Part shown: positions 43,501 through 55,800 of the stretch, one piece after another
How the letters are laid out: each line of letters starts with the position of its first letter
How positions within the stretch are numbered: the first letter of the stretch is position 1
Origin: Anthoceros angustus
Lineage: Eukaryota; Plantae; Anthocerotophyta
DNA: 64,000 nt
NCBI GenBank assembly: GCA_010909165.1
Contig: VJWM01000068.1
Location: forward strand, 868,001 to 932,000
Reading direction: 5' to 3'
Made by a program: the position numbers and the translations under genes
Notes under the pieces: model-generated
What the model was told of the DNA's origin: nothing
Databases searched by the model: none
What the model saw: only the letters and a program-made list of their open reading frames with translations

Positions 43501-46500
43501 CTCCCAGGCATGGCTGTCGGTGTGCCAAGGAGAGGAAAGTTTCCGTCAAATGGCTTAGCCTTTCTCACAGCCGAGGGGTCATCCAAATCAAGTGCTGCAA
43601 TAAGATCCCCTGCCTGCAGTCAATTATAAGGTGCCAAACTCTCCTTAGACCAGAATCTTTCCTCAAGAAGACCTCGGCGTTAGGCAGCAATTTAGAGGAT
43701 AAACTCCTACCAGCATTGTTTGGCCCTCTGCCATCTTGAAACGGATGGTTCCAGAAGCAGGGGAGAGCAGTGGCATGCACATTTTCATCACCTCAACTTC
43801 TGCATATGGTGTGTCTGTGTCAACATGAGTGCCGTCCTGGACAAGAAACCTCATCAACTTGCACGGCGTTTCTGCAACTAACCGTGAAGGATCGTGATCA
43901 TTCTGCCACAAACACGAATGTAAGTGACATGACATGAAAGGCAACGTCAACCTTGAGGATAAACAGAGTGGAAGTTCTGCATACCTGTAAGAGACAGGTC
44001 CTGCCATCAATCAGGAGGCGGGTCCCTGCTGCTTCTTCCTCTGCATATAAAACATGACTGTTTCCATCGAGCTGCAAGGGGCCGGTTTCAATAGCACTCA
44101 GCATCAGAATAATGTTCCACACTGCCATCAAATACTTTCCAAGCACGTCCAAATAGAAGGGCACACCCCCACAACTAGAGAGCCACTTCCAACACTTTAA
44201 CTGCAGAGGTACTGATTCATACAAACCTGAACAAGAAGGCCTCCGTCTCGAAGAGTGTGTACTTCCGCTTCTACCTCAGATTGATTTAATGTAAGGCAAT
44301 AACTTCCTTGACCTCCCTTGGTCACATCTACCTGCAAATGTTGTGACTTCACTGCTGAGGAACCGACCATCTATGCTACTAACTAACAAATGTTGTTTGA
44401 AGCACCAATAAGCAGGCGAGATACCTTGTACTTACTCCCTTCAATGTTCAGTACAATCCTGAAGCTGACCAGAGATATGTGCTGCACATTGGGAGTTGGT
44501 CTTAAGTCGAGGGAACAAAGCATTTCATCCTGTGAACTTAACTGACTTCAAAATTTCAACATGGCACAATACCTTGGGGGGTATCTGCCCTTTTTCAAGA
44601 TATCCTATGTATTCCGATACCCTAGCTGCTGTCAGCATCGTCGCTTTCTGTGAAGGCACATCCTTGTTAGACACAAATGACATCCCCACTGAGCAGCCCA
44701 CACTCCTAGAAGACTGTATTTGAACTATTGACACCCCTTGCTTAGAACGTGAGGTGAAAATGGTCGGAAGGGCTTACATAAAGAGCTCCTCCGACTACTG
44801 ACAGATGCCATGGCGGTCTTTCTACCCGCAGACGCATTGCAATCCGACTATCAAGCCAGCCAGTGTGAATCTTGTTATCTCGGTACTCCGCAGCCTGTCA
44901 CAGCATGATCAGAATCGTCAAAGTTACAAAACTTTTGTGCCATAGAGTAACCTGAGGAGGGTCTTCACGATGAAAGCATTACATGAAGGAGGTCAACTGT
45001 GTAATCAACGTTTGTGTGTATTTCCCCACGAATATGCAATTCCTTCAAACCAAGCACCATATTTGCAATTGCTGTTGGTCGTGTTTCTCCAAATGCAAAC
45101 ACATGACCTGAACAGTTACGGCAGATTAGCACTGCTGACCAAAGGTTTCTTCATGAAAAAACATCTAGACAGCGCCCCAAACAGCCCAGCCACGTACTAT
45201 GGATAGCATCAATTCGAGGTGCAACTTACCGAATTGGGAGTCTGAAAACTCATGAATTCCTCCGCCAGACTGAAAAAACAATGGTATAAGCAAATCCTTA
45301 AAATTTTGAAACTGACCCATGTCAAGGCTTCGATAACCAGGTGGAAGGACAGCCCTTACCTTTACAGAGAAATAAGCCCAGACATTTGGCTTGCTCCGAA
45401 AACTAAGCTCCTGGAAAATGTCACAAGTCGAAGAGAATGAGATGTTTACTGCGGTTCCCTTAATCATGCAAGCATGACGACCTATGAGTTATCAAGGTGT
45501 TCCCCTTTGGATCGTTCTAGATGACTTCACCTGCAATCTCCCGCTTGTGGGTTTGAACCCATCATCAGGATCTTCACTAGTGATGCGAACAGCAACAACA
45601 TGCCCTTTTGGCTTGACAGATTGAGCAGAATCGAAATTGAACTCTGTAGCAACTTCTGCTGTCTGTCGCCAGCTATCATGCCCACCTCCTCCTTCCCTTC
45701 CATAGAACTTGCGAATCTCTGATAGAACGTTGAGAAGTCAGGATACCATCCACAGACAATAGGCTGGCTGACAACGGCCAAGTGGGTTCGCAGAAGCAAA
45801 ACCTGGCAGAGCCCACAGAGGAATGCCCATTCCGACTGCAACCTGAGCAGCTGGTACGTTGATCTCTGCTATCCATTCTGTTACAGGATGCTCTACCTGC
45901 AAACCTGGGTCAGCTCTTATGGTGTACAAATTTTGATCTGGACCAGTTGACATGACTCAGATTGATGTCACCTGCAGTCGTGGGTTCAGCTCCAGAAAGT
46001 AGAACTCTCCAGTATCCATACTATAAAGGTACTCCACAGTAGCTGCACCCACATAATTCACACTCTTCGCAAGCCTGCGGGCACCTTCTTCTAACTTCCT
46101 TACTGTCTCTGCTGGCGCAACTGTAACAGGTCCCTCCTCAATGATCTGAAACAAGAAGAGTTTTCAAACAAATGGCCTGAGCATAGCCATGTGGAAAATG
46201 CTAAAACTCCTCGTATATTGGCAAGAGCAAAACCTTTTGATGACGTCTTTGCACACTGCAGTCCCGGCTGTGCAGAGCTGCAACATTTCCATACTGATCA
46301 CAAAGCAGCTGCACCTCCAAATGGCGGCTCTGCTCCAACCCAATAAAAGCTGGATTAATACTTCAGCACGAACTCAAAACGCACAGATTAACTCAAGTGG
46401 AGCAGCATCGCAAGTAGTACAAAGGCAAGAGGCAGACCTGCGACGCAACTTTCATGACAAACACTGGAGAACCAGGCACTTCTCCCTGCACTTGCTTGAA

Positions 46501-47680
46501 AAGTGCACGGACCTCATCATCATTGTGGACCTGCATTGTCAACCTCATTGCTTTTGTGAGCAATCAGTGGGGCATTTCACCGCAATGAAAACACCCTACG
46601 AAAGTAGAAATGTCTTTAAGTTACAGAAAAACGTTCCCAATGATGCTATACCTTTCGAATGCCTTTACCACCACCGCCCCAAGAGGCCTTTATCATGACT
46701 GGGTAACCAACAATTTGGCATGAACTCAGTGCCTCTTCCGTTGTGTGTACACATGCTTGGCTGTAGATCTCCTCTGGAATAGGCTCCTGACAGCTCTCAA
46801 ATGCAATTTTCACCTGTATAACCAAGAGCACTCTAGATTAACTGTCACATCACCAAGCAAAAACCACAGCATCCATGCCAACCATTATGCAAAGGCAACT
46901 AACTAACAAAACGTCCAAGAGCAACACCTCGAACTGGGAATATTAGCAAAGACAAAATTCGATAGCACGATAGCTTACACCAGATCCACTCCAGGGTAGT
47001 GTCGGCACACCGGCAGCCTGAGCAATGAGAGAGGAGCCAATTTTATCCCCAAGAGCAGCCATGGGTGCGGCTGGTGGCCCTAAAAAGGCAATCCCACGCT
47101 CTGTAAGCGCATCAGGAAGTTCTGGGTTCTCCGAGGCGTGACCCCACCCTGGCCACACAGCCGAAACTCCTGTACGTTCAGCAACCTGGCACAGAAAAAC
47201 TCAAATTCAATCCTCCTGCCAGAATCACACAAACAACAGCCAGCGGAAAGGACCCGAATTCCAATCCCAAACAACCCAACAACAGATGCAGGACAACGAG
47301 GGGCAGCACAGCACCTCCACAATAAGCTGCACATTGGCATAATTATTGTTGTTAGTTCCACCAGGCACCTCCACAAGCTGGTCGGCCATCCGAATGTGCT
47401 CAGCATTGATCCGCATGTCCTCCGGCGTGGCCATGGCCACAAGAAGAATAGCCCGCTCCACCCCGAATGATTCATACGCCCAGGTCCTCACGCTGCGCAT
47501 AAACTTAACTGCCGCCATCCCATTGTTGGCAATGAGAATACTGTAAATCGGCCTGTTTCCTCCCAGCGCGTAGCAGTACTCCTCCACAAGCGAAACATTG
47601 CTTCCAGCCTTGACCGGCGCGACTCCAGCGCTCTTGGTAACCTTCCCGGCGAGCCCATCAGACGCCCAGATCTCCGCCAT
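37525..47680 (-). CDS. ACC1: Multidomain (homomeric, eukaryote-type) acetyl-CoA carboxylase, about 30 exons
   Basis: BC domain: [47 protein letters not shown]|VEHPV. BCCP: AEVEVMKM (biotin Lys). CT domain: [31 protein letters not shown]. Last exon 37590-37525 ([21 protein letters not shown]). ATG 47680; no evident transit peptide. Confidence 0.96.
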
Positions 47681-49351
47681 CGCCCAGCCTCCCCCTCCGG
47701 GCCCGACAACCCAACACTCTAACAAACTCACTCCTCAGGCGAAAGCGGGGGCCATCCGCCGACAGACCTGAACAACGAACAAGCAGAAATCCAAATCCGA
47801 CTTCCACAGTGTCCGAGACGTAGCATCTAAAAACAGGCCTCTCCAACACGAGCTCACTATATACAGCATCCGCCCACCTGAACACAAACTCCCGATTTCC
47901 ACACTGATTCCAGCCTCAGGCCACAGCCCACCAGGTCCATTCGGATTCCCGACTCCGATCAGAGAAACCCAACACTCCGCGCCCGCTCGCCAGCTTGCCA
48001 GCTCGCCAGCTCGGCCCCGGACTGGAGAGGAAAGGAATGGACGAGAGAGGCTTGCGGGCTGCAATTCACGATCAGGCTTCACAGCTCTGCGGGGCCGGAC
48101 GGTGGCAGCAAAATGCTGCACATGCCAGAGGAGTGCGGAGACAGTAACTCCACGAGTTCAGAGGTGCGGGACATACCGGCCCACCGGGCTAGACGGGACC
48201 TTTGCGATCCCGGCCCGGCAAAGGGGCGGCCGGGGAGGTCTAGCCCGGGGGCTCGTCGTTGTCGCCGTCTCACCAACTGGGATTCACTCGCTCGGCGTGA
48301 CAGACCGGGGTGAGCGTTGGGCAGGGCTGCTGGTGCCTTGGTTTTGCCCCGACTTCACTTCATCTTGTTCTAAAGGGAGGAGTAGGAGCAATGCAGGTAG
48401 AGTTCCAACTGCCCTTGCCTTCTCTTCCTGTTTTTGACCACTTGTTGTTTCTCCATATTTTAAATCGGACTGGGTATATTTTCACACTAGATTAGGACTC
48501 GGTGAGTCAGTCGTCTTTGTCGCCTTGCATGGCATGCAATAATGTTGCAGAAGGATGAAGTGCGTTAGAGGAATATAGAATTGTTCCCAGTTGTAGACAC
48601 AACTTTATGGAGGGAGGAGCTACGGATTTTCTATGTAATCTATTTTTCATGACTATTTTTCAATGTAACTCTAGATTGACTAGCTTGGGTATCACCCCAT
48701 GGATATTCTATTGACAGTGCGTCCTGGTCAATGTTCACATATACTAATCCACTAAGTGTGTGTTTACACCCTATGTTGCACTCCCTTCCCTTCTCCTTCC
48801 TCTGATATGCTTGGTAGAGGTGGGTCCTTCTCTCCTAGTTGCATAAATTCGGGTTGGAACACTGTACTTCCCTCCATCAGCTTCGATGCTGCGTCCTTCT
48901 CAGCTGATGCTTGGCCGGTGAGTCCATCGTCTAGGAACTTTTGTTGTGGAGGCTCTCCCACGAACTTCTTAAGCTCTCCTTGGCCTTTGGTGAATGCTTG
49001 CAAGCAAGCTAGAATATCTTATACGACTACTAGTCCTTGGCCTTTGGTGAATGATTACAAAATCAATAATGTGTGTGATGTGGAATCCCTAGACATAGCA
49101 TTAAGGATTTCTATATATGTGGGATATGCCTATTATTAAAGACATAATATCAACCTAACTTCTCATTACCAATCTAAACTTTCTGTTTGGATTTGTAATA
49201 TCTCGAATCCCTAACTATAGCAAGGCTGATCTCTATATATGTGAGACAAGGTCTAGTACAAAACAACATACCCATCAAGCTAACTTGTATAAGGCTGTAA
49301 GACCCAAGTTGTAAGATCCTTCTAAGAGTTGTTCATCGACTCTACCATACC

Positions 49352-51185
49352 ATGGCCGCAACCTTTGGAGAATTGATTGATATGTTGCAAAACTTAATAC
49401 TTGAGCAAGTTGAGAAAGATGGAAATGTACAATTCGGACGAAAACAAGCCATACTAAATTTGGTGAGCTATCATACCCTGCTAAATAAGTTAATAAATAG
49501 ATGCTTAATAAATTAGTAAATAAATTGAGTTAAACTGAATGAATTACTTGTTCTTAATAAGTTTTCATGTTAAACTTCTTTGTAGAATGACCATGTGCAT
49601 CACTTATTGAAACGTATTCATGCACCAAACAATAGTGGTCATGGAAAACGAAAACAAAACCATGTCATTGGGAGTGAAGACTTAGAAGATCAGTTTATTT
49701 ATGTTGTACTTAGTATTGTGTGTGTGGAATATGCATGTGGGCTCAATATGTTGGAGAGCAATTTCTACGAGCAACATTCTCATTGCACTTTTGGTCGTCC
49801 TCAAAGATTTAAGAAATTGATTCTTAAGATGGGAAAAGCTCTTGGCCAGGGTTTGTGCATGCTTCCTCATGCAATAAACTTGAGACACTTAGAAACACAA
49901 CGGGAAATGAAGATACGGAAGTGTAGCAAACTTTTTGAAACATTAGTAAGTTTCTTCAATTTCTATTGCTTTATGTATCAACAACTTTAATTGGTTACTA
50001 ATTAATAATTGGTATTCATAATAAAAAGATTTTTTTTGTGTAGATTTTAACTTTAACATTGCTATACGATCTTTGGAGAAGAAGAAAATTCAACAATATA
50101 CCCGTTATGGGCACATATGGATAAGGAGCTTATTCAAAATGGTTTAACCATCCTTTTGGTAATAATGATACTCCTTGCACAAGAATTTAAAATTGATTTA
50201 CAAACAGCGATCATAAGCGAGTTCTCGAAAGGATTTCCAAAGAACAATCAACCTGTAAGGAAAAAAGGCCTTAAAATGCATTTATGAAATGACATCAATC
50301 ACCTTAAAAGCTCTCACCCGGTTTCAAGCATCTTAAAAATTTACCTCCAATCTTTGGTGAAGATAGATATAAATATCTTTCTCCTTAGTGAAGTATGGAG
50401 CTATCTTTTCTTCTTACGCTCCAATCAACTGTAATTGCTAGAACTTTGTAGAAAGATCTATAGATTTGGAAGGAAGATGAATAAGATATTTGATATGAAT
50501 TTTCCCCTAGTGGTTGCTAGGCTATTGCTCGAGTTGTGTGTGGAATATGCATGTGGGCTCAATATGTTGGAGCAATTTCTACGAGCAACATTCTCATTGC
50601 ACTTTGGTCGTCCTCAAAGATTTTAAGAAATTGATTCTTAAGATGGGAAAAGCTCTTGGCGAGTTTGTGCATGCTTCCTCATGCAATAAACTTGAGACAC
50701 TTAGAAACACAACGGGAAATGAAGATACGGAAGTGTAGCAAACTTTTTGAAACATTAGTAAGTTTCTTCAATTTCTATTGCTTTATGTATCAACAACTTT
50801 AATTGGTTACTAATTAATAATTGGTATTCATAATAAAAAGATTTTTTTTGTGTAGATTTTAACTTTAACATTGCTATACGATCTTTTGGAGAAGAAGAGT
50901 GAAATTCCAACAATATACCCGTTATGGGCACATATGGATAAGGAGCTTATTCAAAATGGTTTAACCATCCTTTTGGTAATAATGATACTCCTTGCACAAG
51001 AATTTAAAATTGATTTACAAACAGCGATCATAAACAGGATTTCTCGAAAGGATTTCCAAAGAACAATCAACCCTGTAAGGGAAAAAAAGGCCTTAAAATG
51101 CATTTATGAAATGACATCAATCACCTTAAAAGCTCTCACCCAGAAGCCACGCAATCTTAAAAATTTACCTCCAATCTTTGAGTGA
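49352..51185 (+). CDS. Putative ~266-aa protein with two tandem degenerate dCTP-pyrophosphatase/MazG-like domains; exons 49352-49462, 49586-49945, 50856-51185 (a damaged duplicate of exon 3 starts at 50044)
   Basis: ATG in good context (ACCATGG). Donors GTGAGC and GTAAGT, acceptors ctttgtAG and ttttgtgtAG, both introns phase 0 and the frame stays open (37+120+109 aa). Domain 2 LYDLLEKKSEIPTIYPLWAHMDKELIQNGLTILLVIMILLAQEFKIDLQTAIINRI aligns without gaps, by eye, to plant dCTPP1 LSEIFQWKGEV..G.PDWKEEEKVHLGEELSDVLLYLVRLSDACGVDLGKAALRKI (recalled from memory). Confidence 0.65.
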
Positions 51186-51372
51186 AGATAGATATAAATA
51201 TCTTTCTCCTTAGTGAAGTATGGAGGCTATCTTTTTTCTTCTTCTGCTCCAATCAATCTGTAATTGCTAGAACTTTGTAGAAAGATCTATAGATTTGGAA
51301 GGAAGATGAATAAGATATTTGATATGAATTTTCCCCCTAGTGGTTGCTAGGCTATTGCTCGAAGTTGTGTGT
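49716..51372. repeat. ~820-bp tandem duplication covering part of exon 2 through the 3' end of the MazG-like gene
   Basis: Copies at ~49716-50533 and ~50534-51372, with TTGTGTGT microhomology at all three boundaries; copies differ mainly by small indels. Confidence 0.9.
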
Positions 51373-51375
51373 CAG

Positions 51376-51614
51376 TGTAGCTCAGGTCCTCAACCCCAAG
51401 GCTGCCCTTGGTTTGGGAACGGGCCTTGGCTTACATGGTCTTTTTCTCTATTTTTGTATGCTGGGCCCTGGCTCTTCCTAGTTTTTCACGGTGGCTCCAA
51501 CTACCGGCTTTTTTTTAGTCTTCAAGAGTAGCTTGCTACCTTTATGCTCTTATGCTTCTGCCAAGCACGTTTTGTAATTTCATATTTATAAAGCTTGGAA
51601 TTCTATAAAAAAAA
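51376..51614 (+). mobile_element. Possible 5'-truncated non-LTR retroelement 3' tail with short poly(A)
   Basis: Abrupt composition change at ~51373; T-rich 3'-UTR-like sequence ending ttttgtaa...tttataaag...tataaaaaaaa. Confidence 0.35.
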
Positions 51615-51615
51615 G

Positions 51616-52894
51616 TGTGATCAGCATTCCTCGGAGATGGGAGACCAGAGACATGAAGGGCGTGGCAAGCTAAAATGCAAGAGTGTCTTGATTCTTGGGA
51701 ACAAGCTGGAGTAGCCCGCGCCCCTATCCACGCACGTGTTCGTTTCTCCTCGATTGCGGTTTTGAGTCTGATAACTAGCTAGCTAAGTTAATGTTATCTG
51801 GGTAAGCCCAATCTGTTGTCCGTCTAACCTGGTTAGCCTATCTCCCTCAACCAGCTTCTTAATGCGTGCCCTCGACTGCTTGTTGCTGCGTTCTTAGTCT
51901 TGGCCTCAGTTGTGGCCTTGGCCTCGGCCTTTGGTGAATGTGTGGGAGGGAAAACCCCGGGGCTCCCGAGGCTTCCCCTCAGCGCCACACTTATCCCATC
52001 GCCGTCAGACGTTGGGTTTCGTCCCATGAGACTCGTGTGAAAGTTCGAGGTCTTGTGATGGCGATCGCTACTGCGGTGACACAACTTCGACTTTCTACAC
52101 AAGCAAGGCGCCTACTCTCCCCTCACGGTGCACCACTTGCCGAAAATCACCAATCTCACCGACCGACACGACACAGTGCGAGTTACGCCTTAGCGAGGAG
52201 CCTATCACGGCGCCGGGGACCTGGTCCACACATAATTTCGTCCCTACTTAAGACCAATCTTCTCCACTCGGGGCGCTCTTTTACTTGATTTGGGATTTGT
52301 CCTTAGGCTCACCATGGCCTTCCACTAACACCTACACTCTAATCCTCTACTCATCTTCTCATCCTCTTCCTCCTATTCTAACCTCGATTCGGGCTTCTTG
52401 GCTTCACTCGCCCTTACGGCTGGCACTTGGTCGGCCTCCACCAAGTTCTTCCTTGGGCGGTTGCTATGAGTTTGACACAGACGTGAGCACCTCCAGTCTT
52501 TCCCGTGGATTAACCTCAAGCCGAGAGCAAAGCAATTTCCGGCAACCATTCACAAGGGAGCAACTCGTTTAGGCACTTGCGAGGTGTCCTCCACCAACAC
52601 TCGACCACTTCTTCCTCTCTACCGGCTGCGTTGGCTCACGGTACGCGAAATTCCTTTACAAGAGCAAAGGACTCATGAGTATGGAGCGCAAGACATGATA
52701 CTTTACTTTGTGAAATCCTCCTCCTCTTATAGGAGGCCTTCCACATACAACCTCCCCTTAGGTGACCCTCTGCAGTCACCTTTCCAATATTCTATTATTT
52801 CCTACATGACATTTAAGGCATCTAAGTCTACTACGATAGGTAAATTCTATTCTAGCAACTTCACCTAGATCATCCTTAAAGAATGTCATCTACA
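51616..52894 (-). mobile_element. Probable 3' LTR of retroelement A (~1.28 kb)
   Basis: On the minus strand it starts TGTAGAT at 52894, immediately after the purine tract AATGGAAGAATAGGAAGGATAGGCGA (PPT); TATA-like CCTATAAGAG at ~52730; ends ...ATCACA at 51616 (imperfect terminal inverted repeat). Left end less certain. Confidence 0.55.
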
Positions 52895-55800
52895 TCGCCT
52901 ATCCTTCCTATTCTTCCATTCAACATTTATGGTCTTTGACCACTGATCCTCACCCTGGGTGCGTGTCCTCATGGATTGGCTCCTCGCCCTCCTTTTGCTC
53001 TTGCCCTTCCCGGATCTTCTTCCTAATGTGGGGCAAGTACAATTTGCCCTTCCTCTTCTCGGGCACAGTTCCTCTTATCAGTGATCGCGCCTCCTCCGCG
53101 CTTAAGCGCCCTTCTTCCGCCTCCGCTGGCGCTCCTTCTTCGGCACACTAGCGGTGGTGGCGGACTACGGTGGTGACTACCTATGGTAGTCTTTCTTCTT
53201 CTTCTTCTCCATCGGTGATGTCTCTTGGGTTGATCCTCTTGCTCCTTTCCTCATTTGGTTGTCCATACCTATCATGGAGCATTTTCAAAGTCTTCCCCAT
53301 TTCACCGATGTTGTCACTAACTCTCGGGCCCTTTTGCGTTGGTCTCCTCTCTTCAGCTCCTCTCTCTTCGTGGGGTGAGAACTTCACCCCTCCCCTTCCT
53401 CGTGGATCGCTCCTGATCTCCTCGGTGGGTTGTTTCTCCCACCTCGCCTTCTTCTCCGGTATGCTCTGGACCCCGGCTCCTTCATTCACAGGCCGGGCCC
53501 GACTCCTCAGCAGGCTCCTGCCGGTGCCCTACCCGTAGTCAGCGGACTACGGCGTGTGGCTACCTACGGTGCAGCGGACTACGTGGTGGTGGTCACCTGT
53601 GGTAGGGTGACCCCTGAGGCGGGCTGTCCCCCTCCTTGCTCCGCCATCTTCTCCGCTCCGCTCCTCCTCCTGTCTCCTCGGACTCCTCGGAGTCCATGTC
53701 GCTCGTGGCCTCATCAAAATCGGAGGCCTCGCACTGCTGCTCCTTCTGTCATCATCATGAGGACCCAATGTCCTCCTCTTGTGGCCAATAAGACTTCATT
53801 GTTGGCCTTCAAAATCTGTTGTGGAGGTGAGCCCCCAAGCTGTAATCGCATTTGGAGATCATCAATCTCAGTGGGCCACTCTCCATCCTCACACCTACTC
53901 TTGTAGGCATCTCTTGATGGTCAATTCCCCACCTTCACATGGAGGTTCACGTTCTCCTCCTACTTCTCTTTGGTTGGCCATCTTTGCAGGGCATAATCTT
54001 AAAATCTTCTTCCTTACCACTAGCATCACGTACCACCTTCTTGTGGTGCTCCTCCTCTGGGACCTCTTCCTCTCCAAGTCCCCTGTTGAGCAAGCCCTTC
54101 CCTCGCTTGAGCATTCTTCTCGCTCCACAATTCTTGGTCTTGCGACTCGCTCACGCTTCTCCTCAAATGTCGGGTCCCAATTCTTCTTCCATGTCCCGGA
54201 TTTTGATGGCTTGGGTAGCCATCACAGCTCTGTCGTCCATTTTGGACACCTTCTCCTTCCTAGAGCCTCGTTTTGCCCTTCGCTCTTGCTCTAATTGGGC
54301 AAAATGCTCTTCATATACATCTCCATGAGTCTTTTTGGTGGTTGCGACTCTCTCCTCCGTTTGAGCCAACCTTCCCTCCAAGACCTTTTCCCTTGTTGGT
54401 CTATAAGATCGCGGAGCTTCTCCATAGCCTTCTCCAACTTGGCTGCCTTCTCATCGGACTCCATGGCCCATTGCCACTTGGTCCTGCCCTCCTCTCAGTC
54501 ATCTCTTGGGCCTTGTCTTCCTCTGGCATGCCACAGGAGGGTTCTAGCCCCTTCAAAATCTACACGGTGAGTGCTTCACAAGCACTCGGCCAAATCTCAG
54601 GGGCCATTGCCTGGCCGGCTTCTTCTGAAATCTCAGCTCCTTGCACTCCTCGGGCCATCAGCGGCGTGGTCCCTCACGTCGTATGCTCTTCCTCCTAGCG
54701 GGTGGGGCAGGCGCCGCTGCAGCGCCTCCTTCCTTCCCCCTACTGCGTGGCGCCTCTGGCGTGGGGTGCACCTCCCGGTGGTGCTCCCCAGCGGTGAGTC
54801 GCTACCTACCTGGTGGTGGTGGCGCCTACTGCAGTGAGTGCCTCCAGGGGTAGGTGCGTGCCTCTTCCTAGGCACCCAAAATGGTGGGGACTCCTCCCAC
54901 CCTTGGGGTTATCACCTCTGGTAGTCCTCCTCTCGCACTACCATGGCCTTCCTCGGCGGATCTCCTCTCCTTCCCTTGCTCTTGTGGGGAAAGGCCTCCT
55001 CCGCAACCTTGTTGCCTCTACTTCCTCCGCCCTTGGTCCTGTGCTTGTGGAGTCGGCCTCCCATGGTCTTCCTTAGGCAAAGGCAAAGGCTCTAAACTAG
55101 TGGGTGGATTATCTCAAGGATGCCAAGCATCCTCAAGCTCCCTTGGTGAGAGCCTCTCTCCCACAAATGCACCAAATAGGTGCTAAGATGAGGCCTTGGC
55201 CTTCCTCATCCACGAATTTGGCCTAAGGAGCTTCTCACATGGTGTATAGGCCTCATACATAATGGTGCCCCAATCGGCTTGGCTCCTCAAAATCTTCCAC
55301 AAAATTGAAGGAAGTTGGTGCGAAATAAGAAGTCCGCTGATAATTCACCAACCCCAACACAATCTTTGCAGCCTCCACTTGACTCCTTGATGCTTCGTCT
55401 TCCACCATTCTTGGCGTGGGCCTTCACTCCTCCATCCATCATGTGGACTTCTGGAATCTGAGAGGGCAATCCTCTTCCCTCCATTTGTCCTCTCGAGAAG
55501 AGCAATGCCTGAGCTCTCCTCCTCCGGCCTTCCATACACTTGCCTAATGCTTGGGTCCGGTGACGGAGGATCGGTCAAACCCCTCTCCGAGGCGGCAAGG
55601 CGCCGATTGATGGAGGTTGATATAACACTCCTCAATGAATTCCAAATTGGTGTAGGCCCATTGGCGGCCATACACCCATCCCAATTGGATGTTATCTTCC
55701 TCTGCCCAGAAATCCACCAAATCCCTGGGATTGAGCTGCCCTGCAAAGCACGTAAATTGGGGCATCACAACTTCATCTCCCCCTGGTGGCGCAGCCTCCG

